Part shown: one piece after another, positions 51,601 through 63,100 of the stretch
Layout of the letters: every line of letters starts with the position of its first letter
How positions within the stretch are numbered: the first letter of the stretch is position 1
Assembly: GCF_040938485.1 (NCBI RefSeq)
Contig: NW_027270906.1
Span: forward strand, 124,001-188,000
Source: Diadema antillarum
Taxonomy: Eukaryota
Reading direction: 5' to 3'
Length of the DNA: 64,000 nt
Made by a program: the position numbers and the translations under genes
The notes under the pieces: model-generated
Seen by the model: only the letters and a program-made list of their open reading frames with translations
Database searches by the model: none
What the model was told of the DNA's origin: nothing

Positions 51601-54600
51601 TTCTGGGAATGTTAAGACTGCAGAAATGATCAGAGGAAAGAATGTACTGTTTGAATCGTAATAAACGGCATTCTGTTTCTTTGGTGACAAATAAACACGT
51701 ACAGTATTCATGTTGTTGTGACTACCAGACATGGTGAGTGTATGGTCTTCTTAAAGTTGCCATAAGTTATCAATGTTAAAAATTTTAAAGTGCTAGGTAG
51801 AGGGAAGGTATAATTTACTGTTGAAAGTGTTGCCTTCTTAATTTTTAACAGTTAGCCCATTGAAATTGATATTAGCTTGTGATCTTATGGGTGAACAAAG
51901 TGCTAGGTAGAGGGAAGGTATAATTTACTGTTGAAAGTGTTGCCTTCTTAATTTTTAACAGTTAGCCCATTTAAATTGATATTAGCTTGTGATCTTATGG
52001 GTGAACAAGGAATATCCCAAAAATGCATGAAATATGCACTGCAGAGAGTGATTCTGAGAATTTGTTCATATTATACTCATAACAGCTTCATGTCACATTT
52101 TGCAGAAAGTTATTATGTTAGTTACTGAACATTACTTTATTTACAAAAATACAAGTATATTGGATGTACTTAACCACTCTCCTTTGTACATTAATTTTGA
52201 CACCAGTTTTGTGTATAGTGCAATACAATACTGAATATACCCCTGTATGTATGTTATATAGCAATTGTATGGCCAAAGAAATANNNNNNNNNNNNNNNNN
52301 NNNNNNNNNNNNNNNNNNNNNNNNNNNNNNNNNNNNNNNNNNNNNNNNNNNNNNNNNNNNNNNNNNNNNNNNNNNNNNNNNNNNNNNNNNNNNNNNNNNN
52401 NNNNNNNNNNNNNNNNNNNNNNNNNNNNNNNNNNNNNNNNNNNNNNNNNNNNNNNNNNNNNTGCTTAACATATGATGACCTTCCCCACTTCCTGTCCTAA
52501 AGCTGGCTTCCTGGGGACCTTTTGACCTCCTGATTGGAGGAAGTCCTTGCAATGACCTCTCGGTGGTCAACCCCGCCCGTAAAGGTCTGGAGGGGGGCAC
52601 GGGTCTCCTCTTCTTTGAGTTTTACCGCATCCTCAAGGCCCTGGAGCCAGGCCCAGATGACCCCCGACCTTTCTTTTGGCTCTTTGAGAATGTGGTGCAC
52701 ATGGGTCGTAAGGACAAGCAGACCATCTGTCGATTCCTGGAGGTGAGGTTGGCAGGCTTTGACCCCGCTGTCATTAGAGATACTGTTTACAGGGGGAGAA
52801 GGTGATAAGGGGGTTGGGGTTTAGGCTGATATCTGGGCTCCACATGCATAGAATGTTGCTGCATGGTAGTAAGTAAGAATGCTGTTTTTGCAATAGTTTT
52901 CAAAATGGTATCAAAATATCAAGTTTGAGATGGCTTACCTAATCAGTTCTTTTTTCTTTTTCTTTTTCTTTTCTTTTTTTTTTGTTTGTTCCAGAGCCTT
53001 CTGATGTATACAGCAGTGATAGATAAACAACATTATTATGTATACATCAACTGGTCATTATGTGCAATTACGGTTGAAAGTGACATTTTACCAAAGCCCA
53101 TGTTACAGGAATGCACAATTCTTGGTTTTTGTGAGCAAACTTTCTTTGTAACGTAGAACCTTTTGTTTCCTGTTTGAAAATAATGATTTGCCTAAGACAG
53201 TGAAAAAAAAGAGGAAAAAGTTGAAAATGGTATTAGCTTTTCGTGAGATAAATAGAAATCACATTTATGACATATTAAAGAGCATACAATTCTAAGAGGA
53301 ATTGAAAGTTTATTTGATTAAAATCGCTTTTAAAATGGCCGAGATATCCAAAAACAAAGCAAACAAAGTGGTCCTAATAGAAGGTGGGTCCCACCTTTTA
53401 TTAGGACCTCTTTGTTTTTGGATATCTCAGCCATTTGAAAACCAATTTTCATCAAGTAAAATTTGAATTACTCTTAGAATTGAATGCTCTTTGATATTTC
53501 ATAGAAGTAGTTTCTAATTATCTTGCAAAAAGTCAAAACCTGAATAATCATCTCAACCAAAACTATACCATCCCTTCAAAGGTAATTAGAAGTAATTGTT
53601 GATTTGTGTTATCCCAAATCCAACTTACTTGATAGAAGTCAATATTACTGTGAAATAGATTTTCAAAAATGACCCGTAAAAAAAAATAGTAGTGAAATGT
53701 AAAAATAATAGTAGTGAAATGTTTAAAAAAAAGTATATCAAAGTTTTTGTTCTTACCAATGTATATTGCAAAGTGCGGTGTGTAGTCATAAATGCTGTTG
53801 GTTGATTGTTGTGGAGTAGCCCAAAATAGGGCATACCAGTGTGGACTTACTTCTTTCTTGCTTTCATCTTGCCTGTAGTGTCATCCGGTGATGATTGATG
53901 CCCGCCATGTCTCCCCGTCACACAGAGCTCGCTACTACTGGGGAAATCTTCCAGGGATGCATCGGTAAAACCATCACAAATTTTATTGAGGAAGAAAGAT
54001 TTGCGGTGACACCATGTGTATGTAGTCCTTAATCGGATCGCTGTTTGGCAGAAGAGCCTAGAAAGAGGAGAAACGAAGAGGGAAGCGACATATGGGGGTT
54101 GTGAGGAGGGCAGAAAGTGAAGAGTGGGAGACAGTAATGGGCTAGAGGTTGAAGTTGCACTAGTGGAGACGGTAGAGAAAGGAACACAGAGAGTGGTAAG
54201 GAAGAATAGTGTGAGAATCAAGTAGGATGTTCGGACATCGTTAGAAGGGGAAAGATGAAATAGAAGGGAAGAGGAAGAGGAAGGAGTTGAATGTTGGAGA
54301 ATCATGGAGATAGGAGAGAGCAGTAAAGATTCATCAAACCAAGAGAAGAAAAAAAAAAGAAAAACGAAGTCGGCGAACAGTGTGACTATGGAATGCGGAA
54401 TCAATGGAGAAAGGACGAATAATCCCTCGAAGGAAGGGTAAGTAGAGGAGAGATGAGAATATGTTGATAGAAGGGAGATAGAGAGAGAGAGAGAGAGAGG
54501 CGGGGGGGGGGGGACAAAGAAAAGAAGTAGAAAAGAACAAATTGAAATTCAATACGTAAATCAGAGGGAGCTAGTATGGATCCTAGAATGAAATGCTGCT

Positions 54601-56576
54601 GAGAGGGAGAAAAAAAAATGGAAAGGAAAATTGATGACAGTTAAGTCCTGAAAAGGTTCCTGTGGGAGAAAAGCAAAAATAAGAAATCAAAATGAGGTTA
54701 AAGTGTAGACCTGAGGAGAGAAGACAAGAGAAATAACCTGTGGAGAAATGTGTAAATTAAGTAGTGGTCCTGAAAAGGACCGTTGGGTTGTATGGAAGGA
54801 AGAAATAAAACAAAAAGAAGAAAGAAGAGAAGAGAACATATACTCCGCCATCAACACACTCCGAGAACAATAGAACGCATCAACGACCGCAACACTCCAC
54901 CAACAGCCGACGCTCAGCTCGCCTGCGAGCCCGCCTCAACCGACCACTTCCTTCTAGGTCCGCATTCTCCATATATAGCCCGCCTCTTCTCAGATCACGC
55001 TTCACTTCTGACGAAGGACAGTCAACCTGCCCGAAACGTCAAGTTCCTCGGTTCTCCTAGTTATTCTTATAACTAGATTTCTTGCGCTACTTTCACTAGC
55101 ACCTTTACTCAGTGTTTCATTTCTCTTTCCTCTCTCTCTCTCTCTCTTACACTTTTGTCTGTTTCTACACTACTTATCTTTTCTTTTCTTTTCTGTTCTC
55201 TTCTCTTCTTTCTTCTTTTTGTTTTATTTCTTCCTTCCATACAACCCAACGGTCCTTTTCAGGACCACTACTTAATTTACACATTTCTCCACAGGTTATT
55301 TCTCTTGTCTTCTCTCCTCAGGTCTACACTTATACCTCATTTTGATTTCTTATTTTTGCTTTTCTCCCACAGGAACCTTTTCAGGACTTAACTGTCATCA
55401 ATTTTCCTTTCCATTTTTTTTCTCCCTCTCAGCAGCATTTCATTCTAGGATCCATACTAGCTCCCTCTGATTTACGTATTGAATTTCAATTTGTTCTTTT
55501 CTACTTCTTTTCTTTGTCCCCCCCCCCCCCCCGCCTCTCTCTCTCTCTCTCTCTATCTCCCTTCTATCAACATATTCTCATCTCTCCTCTACTTACCCTT
55601 CCTTCGAGGGATTATTCGTCCTTTCTCCATTGATTCCGCATTCCATAGTCACACTGTTCGCCGACTTCGTTTTTCTTTTTTTTTTTCTTCTCTTGGTTTG
55701 ATGAATCTTTACTAAATTTTATTGACTTGTACAGTCATCAGTTCCTCTTTCTCAAATTTAAGTACAATCTAATAACTATTTTGTTAGTGCAGGTGAATTT
55801 ATTGAATCTTGAATGAACCCATGAATTTCTTGAAGCATGGATGTGTATTGCGTGTTGGCAGCAAGAATTCACTATCAATAATAATCTTTACCCACATGCT
55901 GTTTAGCTCACCTGAGCCAAGAGCTCAAGTGAGGTATTGCGATGATCGTCTGGCTTCTGGCGTGTGTTGTGCATAAACATACAATTTCACCATAATGTCA
56001 AAATCCCATGACAAATTTTCACCGAACTACACATGTAGTATCCCTAGGGTAATAGGCTCTTAGTTTCTCCAAATGGGCACCATAAGCCCTAAAAGGATTA
56101 ACAGTAAAATAACCCAAAATAAAATAAAATTAAACAAAACAAAAGCTCCCAGCTATCAAAAAGTGATACAGCTAAGTTAGTACTATGAGAACCAAATTTG
56201 GATGTATGTACCACACAATTGTCTCCCTATTGCTCCTTGGAATCTTTGTAGGTTTAATGTGTGAATGTTGCCACTGTTGTGATTATGAATTATTTCACTT
56301 TTTATCTTTTTTTTAAGGGGGAGGGGTTAGTGTTAATGGTGTGAAGGGTTGAATGGCTGCTGTGAATCTCTAAGTGAGCCTGTATGAGATGACATGTACA
56401 ATATTGTACAGGCCTCGAAATAGGATTTTGGAGGGGCAAGGCCATTTAGAAAAGGGCACTTTTTCCAAGAGGCCAGGGCACTTAAGTCAGTCAGAGGGGC
56501 ACCAAGGCCACATTGGAAAGGGCATGTTTGGTGTTTATGAAAAAAGAAAGAAGAAAAACAAACCGAGAAAAACAAA

Positions 56577-56622
<46 letters not shown>

Positions 56623-59107
56623 GCAACACACAACAAAAACCTCTTCCCTACAGCTGTAACACATTCCCGATCTCCGCGTTTCTATCAGGTGAAACGACAT
56701 TTTTTAAAACAGGAATAAAACAACAGTAGGTATTGATTGAAACTCGACACCCTTTCAGGCCAGCCAGGCCAGGCTGCCATGAAACTTCAAAGCACATTCC
56801 GACAGCTGGCTGGCAAAACCACAAGGCAAAGGAATTTGCACACGCGTGTAGATTGCTATGATTAGTCTGTGACAGACAGTTCATGACCTCCAAGAATGCG
56901 CCAGTACGCGCGGTTTCTTCTGTTGATTGGTCTCTCTCTCTCTCTCCACCCCTCCCCATTCCCCAGTCTGGCACACCTTGGCATCGTGGGATTTTTCTTT
57001 TTTCTTGGTGAACTTGGAGTTCACTCTTTACTTCTCTATCTGAATATGCGCTGCCTAGCTAGTACATACTCGCGGCCGCTGCGCTGCGGAGGCAGTCGGG
57101 ACGGTAAAAGCCGGTCGGGCGTACATGTACGTACACGTCGTCTCGTAACTCGGGAAGATACTTTGAGTTTGAATCAGATATATCGGGACGCGAGTGAACT
57201 GAAGGTATGATATTTGAGATCAGGAAAGTTGTTCAAGCTTATTAAAGAGACTTTGAGAAAGGGCATATCATACGTCATAAATAATAACTTTCATTCTAAA
57301 AGGGCACCACGGCCCCAAGAAAAAGGGCACATTTTTTTTGGCCGTAACTTCGATCAAAAAACAAAAGGCATTGCGGCCAACGAGAGGGGCACCGACGGCC
57401 ATGGCCATCGGTGGCCATCGGTTAATTCGAGGCCTGGTTGTATATCTCTCTTCATTACAGCCCTTATGTGGCGGCCGCAGGGAATCCCCTCATCCTTCAA
57501 GAGTGCCTTGAACCTCACTGTGACAGACAGGCTCAGGTATGGTTAGTGATTGAGAGTGTCTGTCTTTACATTTCCATATGTACTACCAGGAGGAGATAAA
57601 CTGAAAGTCAAACTTACTGTTTTCTTTATGGCAATTAATGATTAGATATCTAAATATAGAAACTAGGCTTGATTCCTGGAAGATAACTTTTGATATTTTT
57701 TGTAGAGACACTGCTGTGCTTAATGTTTTCTAGTGGTTGCATGGATTACAGGATTGATCAAAATGCCTGTCAATGCAATCTTACTCTGAATTATATCAGT
57801 TAATTGTATGAAGAGAATGTGAAAATGTTTTTACAGAATATCGTCAAATTCTTTCCCGTGACAGATTGTTTTTGATGAACGTTAATGCTGTAGATTGAAT
57901 GAAAAATGCAGATAGCGTTATATGACCCTTTAACACTCATCTGTTATTCTGCTTGCCATGGATGGTAAGAGAGAATATATGTGGAATGCCCTTCCATAGA
58001 TTACAAGTGTAAAATAAATAGGTACGGGATAAACAGTTTATGCTGTGATGTTACTTTCTGTGTGAACAGTTCTCCAAGGTTGCCACCATCACGACGCGAT
58101 CTAACTCCATCCGACAGACCAAGGATGCAATCCTACCAGTCATCATGAATGGCAAGGAGGATGGACTCTGGGCCACAGAGCTTGAGAGGTACAAATTAAA
58201 GTACAGACACAATTTTTCATGTATGTCATATATGAAATTTTAAAAAAAAATTGTTATTTTTAGCTAATACAAGTAAAAGTGTGTTCCCATACCAAGATAT
58301 ATTGAAGTTAACATTTGTTCTTTTTTATTTTGGGTGGTTTTAAGACAAATTTTATGTTCATACAGCTGAAATATGAAATTTTTGACATTTCTGTCCTGAA
58401 TAAGAAATTGTGAGAGCAGAGTCAACTTGCTGATTTGAATATTTGTAAGGACTGGTCAAGAAATGCTTTTCGAAACCATGAAATATCAATATGTCATAAC
58501 TTCTTATTTCGTATCTGATTTTTGTCATATTTGTATTGTTCTGTAGGGAATATTTTTCTCTATCCTTTGAAGTTTATTTATTTTTGGGGTGGATTTCCTG
58601 TGTATGTATAAACATAGGCAGCATACATTTGTGGGGGCATAGTGGATAATATTCTTGACTCCCAATCAGAGGACCCAAGTTCGATTCTCGCCCAGTGCTT
58701 ATATGTCCTTGGACAAGATGTTTTTACCCACCATGTCCCTCTTGACCCAGGTGTATATTGAATGAGTACCTGGCAACACTAGGGTAATAATAATAGCAGG
58801 GCCCTCTGGTAGAGCATTGGCAACACTGAAGAGGCTACCTGCCCTGGGTAAATATGACCTTATGATGATGATTATCATTATTATTATCATTATTATAAAA
58901 TTATTATTCTGCATTGAATCACTATGCATGCATTTTGTCTCTGTGTGTCTTCCCAGGCTCTTTGGTTTCCCAGATCACTACACCGACATCGGTAACCTAA
59001 GTCGCACCAACCGACAGAAGCTGTTGGGAAAGGCTTGGTGTGTGCCAGTCATCAAACACCTGATGGCACCACTCAAGGACTACTTCTCCTGCAGGCATCA
59101 GGAATGA
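37277..59107 (+). CDS. DNMT3: DNA (cytosine-5)-methyltransferase 3 (de novo; PWWP-ADD-MTase), about 1339 aa from ATG 37277; possibly extended by upstream exons
   Basis: Coding exons with GT/AG boundaries and matching phases: 37277-39190, 39385-39477, 40269-40376, 41258-41410 and 43525-43632 (PWWP, GYCWWPG), 44493-44676, 45184-45318, 46181-46225, 46817-46896, 48571-48618, 48954-49073 (ADD Cys-rich), 49830-50043 (ends in motif [11 protein letters not shown]), 51379-51524, 52503-52742 (GSPCND, FENV), 53879-53964 ([13 protein letters not shown]), 57461-57536, 58070-58188 (TITTRSNS), 58957-59107 (FGFPDHYTD...[16 protein letters not shown]). Total 4020 nt with an open frame. Confidence 0.95.
39690..39842 (-). 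mobile_element. tRNA-derived SINE head (fragment)
   Basis: Minus strand TGGCTTGGTGG (A box) and GGTTCAAGCC (B box) at tRNA-like spacing. Confidence 0.55.
41925..43203 (+). mobile_element. HINE-like element of a second subfamily with internal ~160-bp tandem core repeats
   Basis: SubTIR TGTCTCGCCCA (41930-41940) / TGGGCGAGACA (43171-43181), GTCC/GTC microsatellite near 41990, two families of tandem core repeats containing AGGTCAAAGGTCA, T-rich ends. Confidence 0.72.
47236..48289 (+). mobile_element. Helentron-associated non-autonomous element (HINE; DINE-1/Tsp/pearl-like), copy 1
   Basis: T-run, subterminal IR ATGCCTCCGC with a nearby inverted partner GGCCGGAGGCAT, (GTCC/GTAC)n microsatellite, TCAAAGGTCA-rich core, 3' subTIR GGCGGAGGCATA, short 3' palindrome, ends in TT. 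Confidence 0.8.
50359..51363 (+). mobile_element. HINE/Tsp-like element, copy 2 (near-identical to 47236-48289)
   Basis: Same termini and body as copy 1 with a shorter microsatellite; ends about 15 nt before the acceptor at 51378. Confidence 0.8.
51787..52006. repeat. 110-bp direct tandem duplication (2 copies, 1 mismatch)
   Basis: 51787-51896 matches 51897-52006. Confidence 0.9.
52284..52461. other. Assembly gap (178 N)
   Basis: Run of N ending 41 nt before the acceptor of the catalytic PC-motif exon. Confidence 1.
53990..55713 (+). mobile_element. Truncated Penelope-like (or retrozyme-like) retro-insertion with inverted duplication and 12-bp target-site duplication
   Basis: AAATTTTATTGA at 53978-53989 and 55714-55725 flanks the insert. 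Inverted arms at 54322-54838 and 55194-55713. Hammerhead motif at 55004-55044. Confidence 0.75.
55004..55044 (+). ncRNA. Minimal type I hammerhead ribozyme motif (Penelope-type)
   Basis: ACTT-CTGACGA-A-GGACAG-TCAAC-CTGCCC-GAAAC-GTC-AAGT. It has the CUGANGA and GAAA core boxes, stem II with one mismatch, stem I ACTT/AAGT, a GUC cleavage triplet ending at 55040, and a loopless palindromic ACGT stem III. Confidence 0.75.
56409..57436. mobile_element. hAT-like non-autonomous element in a DNMT3 intron
   Basis: TIR CAGGCCTCGAA / TTCGAGGCCTG, repeated (A/G)GGGCAC subterminal motifs at both ends, (CA)n and a CpG-rich interior. No perfect 8-bp TSD seen. Confidence 0.6.
58631..58895 (+). mobile_element. 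tRNA-derived SINE in the last DNMT3 intron
   Basis: A-box-like TGGGGGCATAGTGG, B box GTTCGATTC (58679-58687), central TGTCCTTGGACAAG...GACCCAGGTGTA...GAGTACC domain typical of deuterostome SINEs, and an (ATG/ATT)n tail. Confidence 0.75.
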
Positions 59108-59134
59108 CACTATATTGTGAGTCCTACTGCATCA

Positions 59135-60145
59135 TTGCACTCACCTCCACCTGACCCTACCTCTACCAGACCCCACTGCCACCATACTCTAATTCCATTC
59201 ACTCAACCTCCACCTGACTCTACTTCTACCTGATCCCATCTCCACTTGACCCCACCTCAACCTTACTCAACCTCCACTTGACCCCACCTCAACCTTACTC
59301 AACCTCCACATGACCCCACCTCCATCTTACTCAACCTCTACATGACCCCACCTCCTGACTTCACCTTCACCTAACCCATCACCTCCACTGAACCCACCTC
59401 CACCTAACTCAACCTCTATCAAACCCCACCTCAACCTGACTCTTGATCCTTTACTAGACCCTACCTCTAACTGACTCCTCCTCCACCTGCATGACCTGAC
59501 CTCATTTCTACCAATCTCAACCTCCACCTGACTCCTCCTCCACTGATACCACCTCCACCCAACTCAACCCTTTCTGGACTCACCTCAGCCTGACTCATCC
59601 TCTGTCAGCTCCACCTCTATTTGACTCTGCCTCTTCCTGATCCCCCTTCTTTTGGTTCAACCAAACCCCTTTTCACCACCTGACTCCACCTCTAGTCATC
59701 CTCTACCAGACTCCACCTAACCCTGACTCACCCTCTATGAGACGTTACCTCCTGACCCAACTTCTACCAGACCCCACCTCAACCCGACCCTACCACTTGA
59801 CTCCATGCGTTTTCACCTGACCCATTACGTCCACTGATTCCACCTCGATCCACCTGACTCAACTTCTAGCAGACCCCACCTCTACCTTACTCAAACTCCA
59901 ACTGGTCCATCACCCCCACTGATCCCACCTCCACTCAACACAACCTCTACCAGTCCCCACCTCAACCTGACTCCATATACTTCCACCTTACCCATTACCT
60001 CCACTGACAAGGCACTTCTACCAGACCCCACCTTAACCTGACTCGCCCTCTACCAGACCCCACCTCTACTTGGTTCAACCTCCTCCAGACCCCATTTCCT
60101 CCCAATTCAACCTCCACCTGACCCTCTCTTTACCAGACCATATCT
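59135..60145 (+). repeat. Degenerate C-rich minisatellite directly after the DNMT3 stop codon
   Basis: 32-bp unit CTCCACTTGACCCCACCTCAACCTTACTCAAC, perfect at 59240-59271 and 59272-59303, then degenerate; G is scarce on the + strand. Confidence 0.85.
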
Positions 60146-63100
60146 CTACATGACAAATCCCATTCTAGACCTTGTCTTAGATTCATACTGCCCACACTTG
60201 CCTGCTGCCAAACTCAATTTGGCCCACATCATAGCAAAAAAAAAAAACAGCCACTCTTCACAATAGCACATCTTGCCACTGCCACACCTTGCCCCATATA
60301 TTTAACCATTGTACCTACTGCCTTCATGCTGACATTGTCCATAGAAATGAAGATATTCAACATTTGCAGGGAGTCTTGAATGATAGTGCACCAAACCAGC
60401 TCACTTTATGCGTACAAATTTTCCAAAATAGTGTTATGATTTCACTTCTTCTGTTTTGTTTTGGTTCAGGCAGTCAGAATAGCTGCCATTTCTTTGTTCT
60501 TTTACTTTGTTTGCTGTAGACTTTGCTAGATTTTTTAGACACACTGTATTGTTTACAACTGGTTTTCTTTTAGAGTTCCTTAATCATGCGGGAGATGCAA
60601 ATTGCAATCTCATATAGAAGATTTTATCATTGGGCATTTTCTCAAGTTTTTCTGTTGTTTATTTGCATCATTGCCATCATTTTCGCTGCCACGATGTAGG
60701 CTCTACATGAATACAATCCTCAACTTGATTTCATAAAAGTCACAAGTTGTCTTTACCTGTTGCAAAGTGTCAGTCACTATACATGACGAAGTTGAAACAT
60801 TATTTTACCTGACCTTTCCTCATCTGATGCTGAGTTCTTTCTGATTTCTACAATTCTAAAAACCGAGATCAAAATGGCTACACTTCTGCTTCTGTTACTG
60901 CCCAATGTGATGATATCTGTTTGATTTGATGAAGCCCTCTTTCTCTTCATGATGATATGATTTTTTTTTGTGTGTGTGTGTGTGATTGAAACAGAAGAAC
61001 ATGTAAAATTATCTCAAGAAATAGTGAAGAGCTATTACACAGAAGTGTAAAGGAAATCTATTATCAAAAATTTGGCTGTTTTCATGTGAACATAATTATT
61101 GATCAGTACTTACCATTAGAGTGTTTGTATTTTCTACATAAACATTCCAGTGAGATAACCATACCAAGGGTATTTCTCACCATAAGTTTGTTATCTGTAT
61201 TACCAGAAGTGATTGATGTGACATGCTTAAACCAGCTGTCAAAAGGATTAGAGCTGATTAGCATTTTGGTTGGATTCACAATTCTCTCATGATTTGGGCT
61301 TTTTCCATGAACAGAATAAAGTTCAATAAAAATGCACCTTTGTGATCAGAAATAAATGAATAGTTGCAGTAGAAGTGACCTCAGACCTTGGCTTGAGCAA
61401 CAAAACAATCATTTCCCCAGAACTATCGTGATCTCAGATTTAGGTGACAAGATAAGGTTCTGGTTCTCAAACTTGGATGCAATCATAATGTTACTGTTAG
61501 CAAGTTTTCAATCTAGATCTAGATGAATAGATACATAAATGATAGGTGTATGAAGTAATGAACAAGAACCAAAATAAATGAGCTGATTCTCTATATTAAA
61601 AAAAAAAATAGCATGTACAAGACACTGTTTTTTTCACCAAATTGCAGAAATAGATTATGGATTGCCATGTGACGTAAGTTTTGGTTTGGGCTGTTCACAT
61701 TAAAATTGCTATTTTATGTTTCCATTTTGGCATCCTCTTTCCCATTTGCTTCTAGCATTACCTATTGCTGACAACTACTGTTTATGTGGAGGTCACTGTA
61801 TGATTGTACTGTGGCCATGTCTCCAAAATACAGTGTAGGTGTGATTTTGGAAACATATTTTGGAACATTGCCTTGGTTAGAAAGATCCTATGTATGTCTT
61901 GTAACCAATAACTGAAATGTTGTAGTGTATGTACAGTGTCGGGGGGGGGGGGGGGGGGGGGAGGAGCCACTGGAAAGTGTGTGTGATTGAGAAAGTCATT
62001 ACAAGGCACAAACGTATCGTTAAAGATGTGGGAAGATAAAAAGATCTTCTTTGGGGAGAAATGAGAAAATGACTACATGCCTGTTGGTAAAAATGACTGG
62101 GTATACTTGTTACCAGAATCAGTACAAACTTTGCCTGTTGCGGTATAGTGCTTTATGTGTTTTGACACAGGTCACCAGTATGCTTCTTTAATGATGGTCA
62201 GTTTAGCCCCGTGTAAAGGCTGCCTGAATTCGTTTGCTTTTTTCTTATTCATCTGGTCAGGATTGCAAATCAAGTAAGCATGTCAGTTGAGTGGATGTTA
62301 AATCAAAAGCCAACAAAAATCAACTCTTCTGCTTGTAACATGTGAATCTGAAAGAACTTCATTTGTGGCACTTTTATGTTGTTTTGACTTAAATTGTGTG
62401 TTAATCTCTTTTCTGCTTAGTTCTTTATTTTTGCCTGTTATATCTCAGTAGTTAGTTTCTTTGTCATTATTCTTATGTCCTTTTAGCTTCAGCCAGGTTA
62501 TGGTCTAAGTTTTCATGACCGAGATGACAATGCCTACGTTGTTAAACCTTCTCTTTGACAGGGTTGCTGGTTTATGTTCTGAGTGGCAAAGGCACTGTAT
62601 GAGAAAATTGGGTCTGATGAGAATTATACCGTACTATCAGCTCCTCAAGGCTTTCTGCTCTATTTCAGATGTATCCGTCTAGTTTGCTTAAACTGTGGCA
62701 ACGTTTGGTACCAGTACTAAACTAAGTATGAGTTGTTTGTTCATTTTATTTAAAAACAACAGGCATTCTGCATCTCAGCTTTTACAGATTTCATATCAGA
62801 TGAGCTACTGTCACTCTGGGCTTGGTGTATTGGACAGCACCAAACAAAATGCAACTGAAAGACTGGTTAAATATGTTATATGTTGCCTTAAAGTACCTTG
62901 CAAACCTTTCAAATTTGCAGCTGTTTTTATATTGTGATATGTTTTCTAATAAAAAGTATTTATTAGCATACAGTTGTTTGCATCCAGAGTTCTTTGTATT
63001 CAGTCTGTCGATGATATAAAACAAAAGCCTTGGAGCAAGTTAAGACTAATGATTAATTTGAACTTGTGCGTCTGTAACAAGAAGATGCTTATAATTAAAA

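Noticed and set aside
53847-55715. ORFs in the inverted repeat (53847-54404, 54334-54552, 54783-55076, 55479-55715)
   Set aside because: They are by-products of purine/pyrimidine tracts. I could not recognise a GIY-YIG or RT motif in the spacer ORF, so it is not called as a CDS.
59716-59725. CTAACCCTGA resembling a telomerase RNA template
   Set aside because: It is a chance word inside the C-rich minisatellite, lacks the full CTAACCCTAAC and has no flanking structure.
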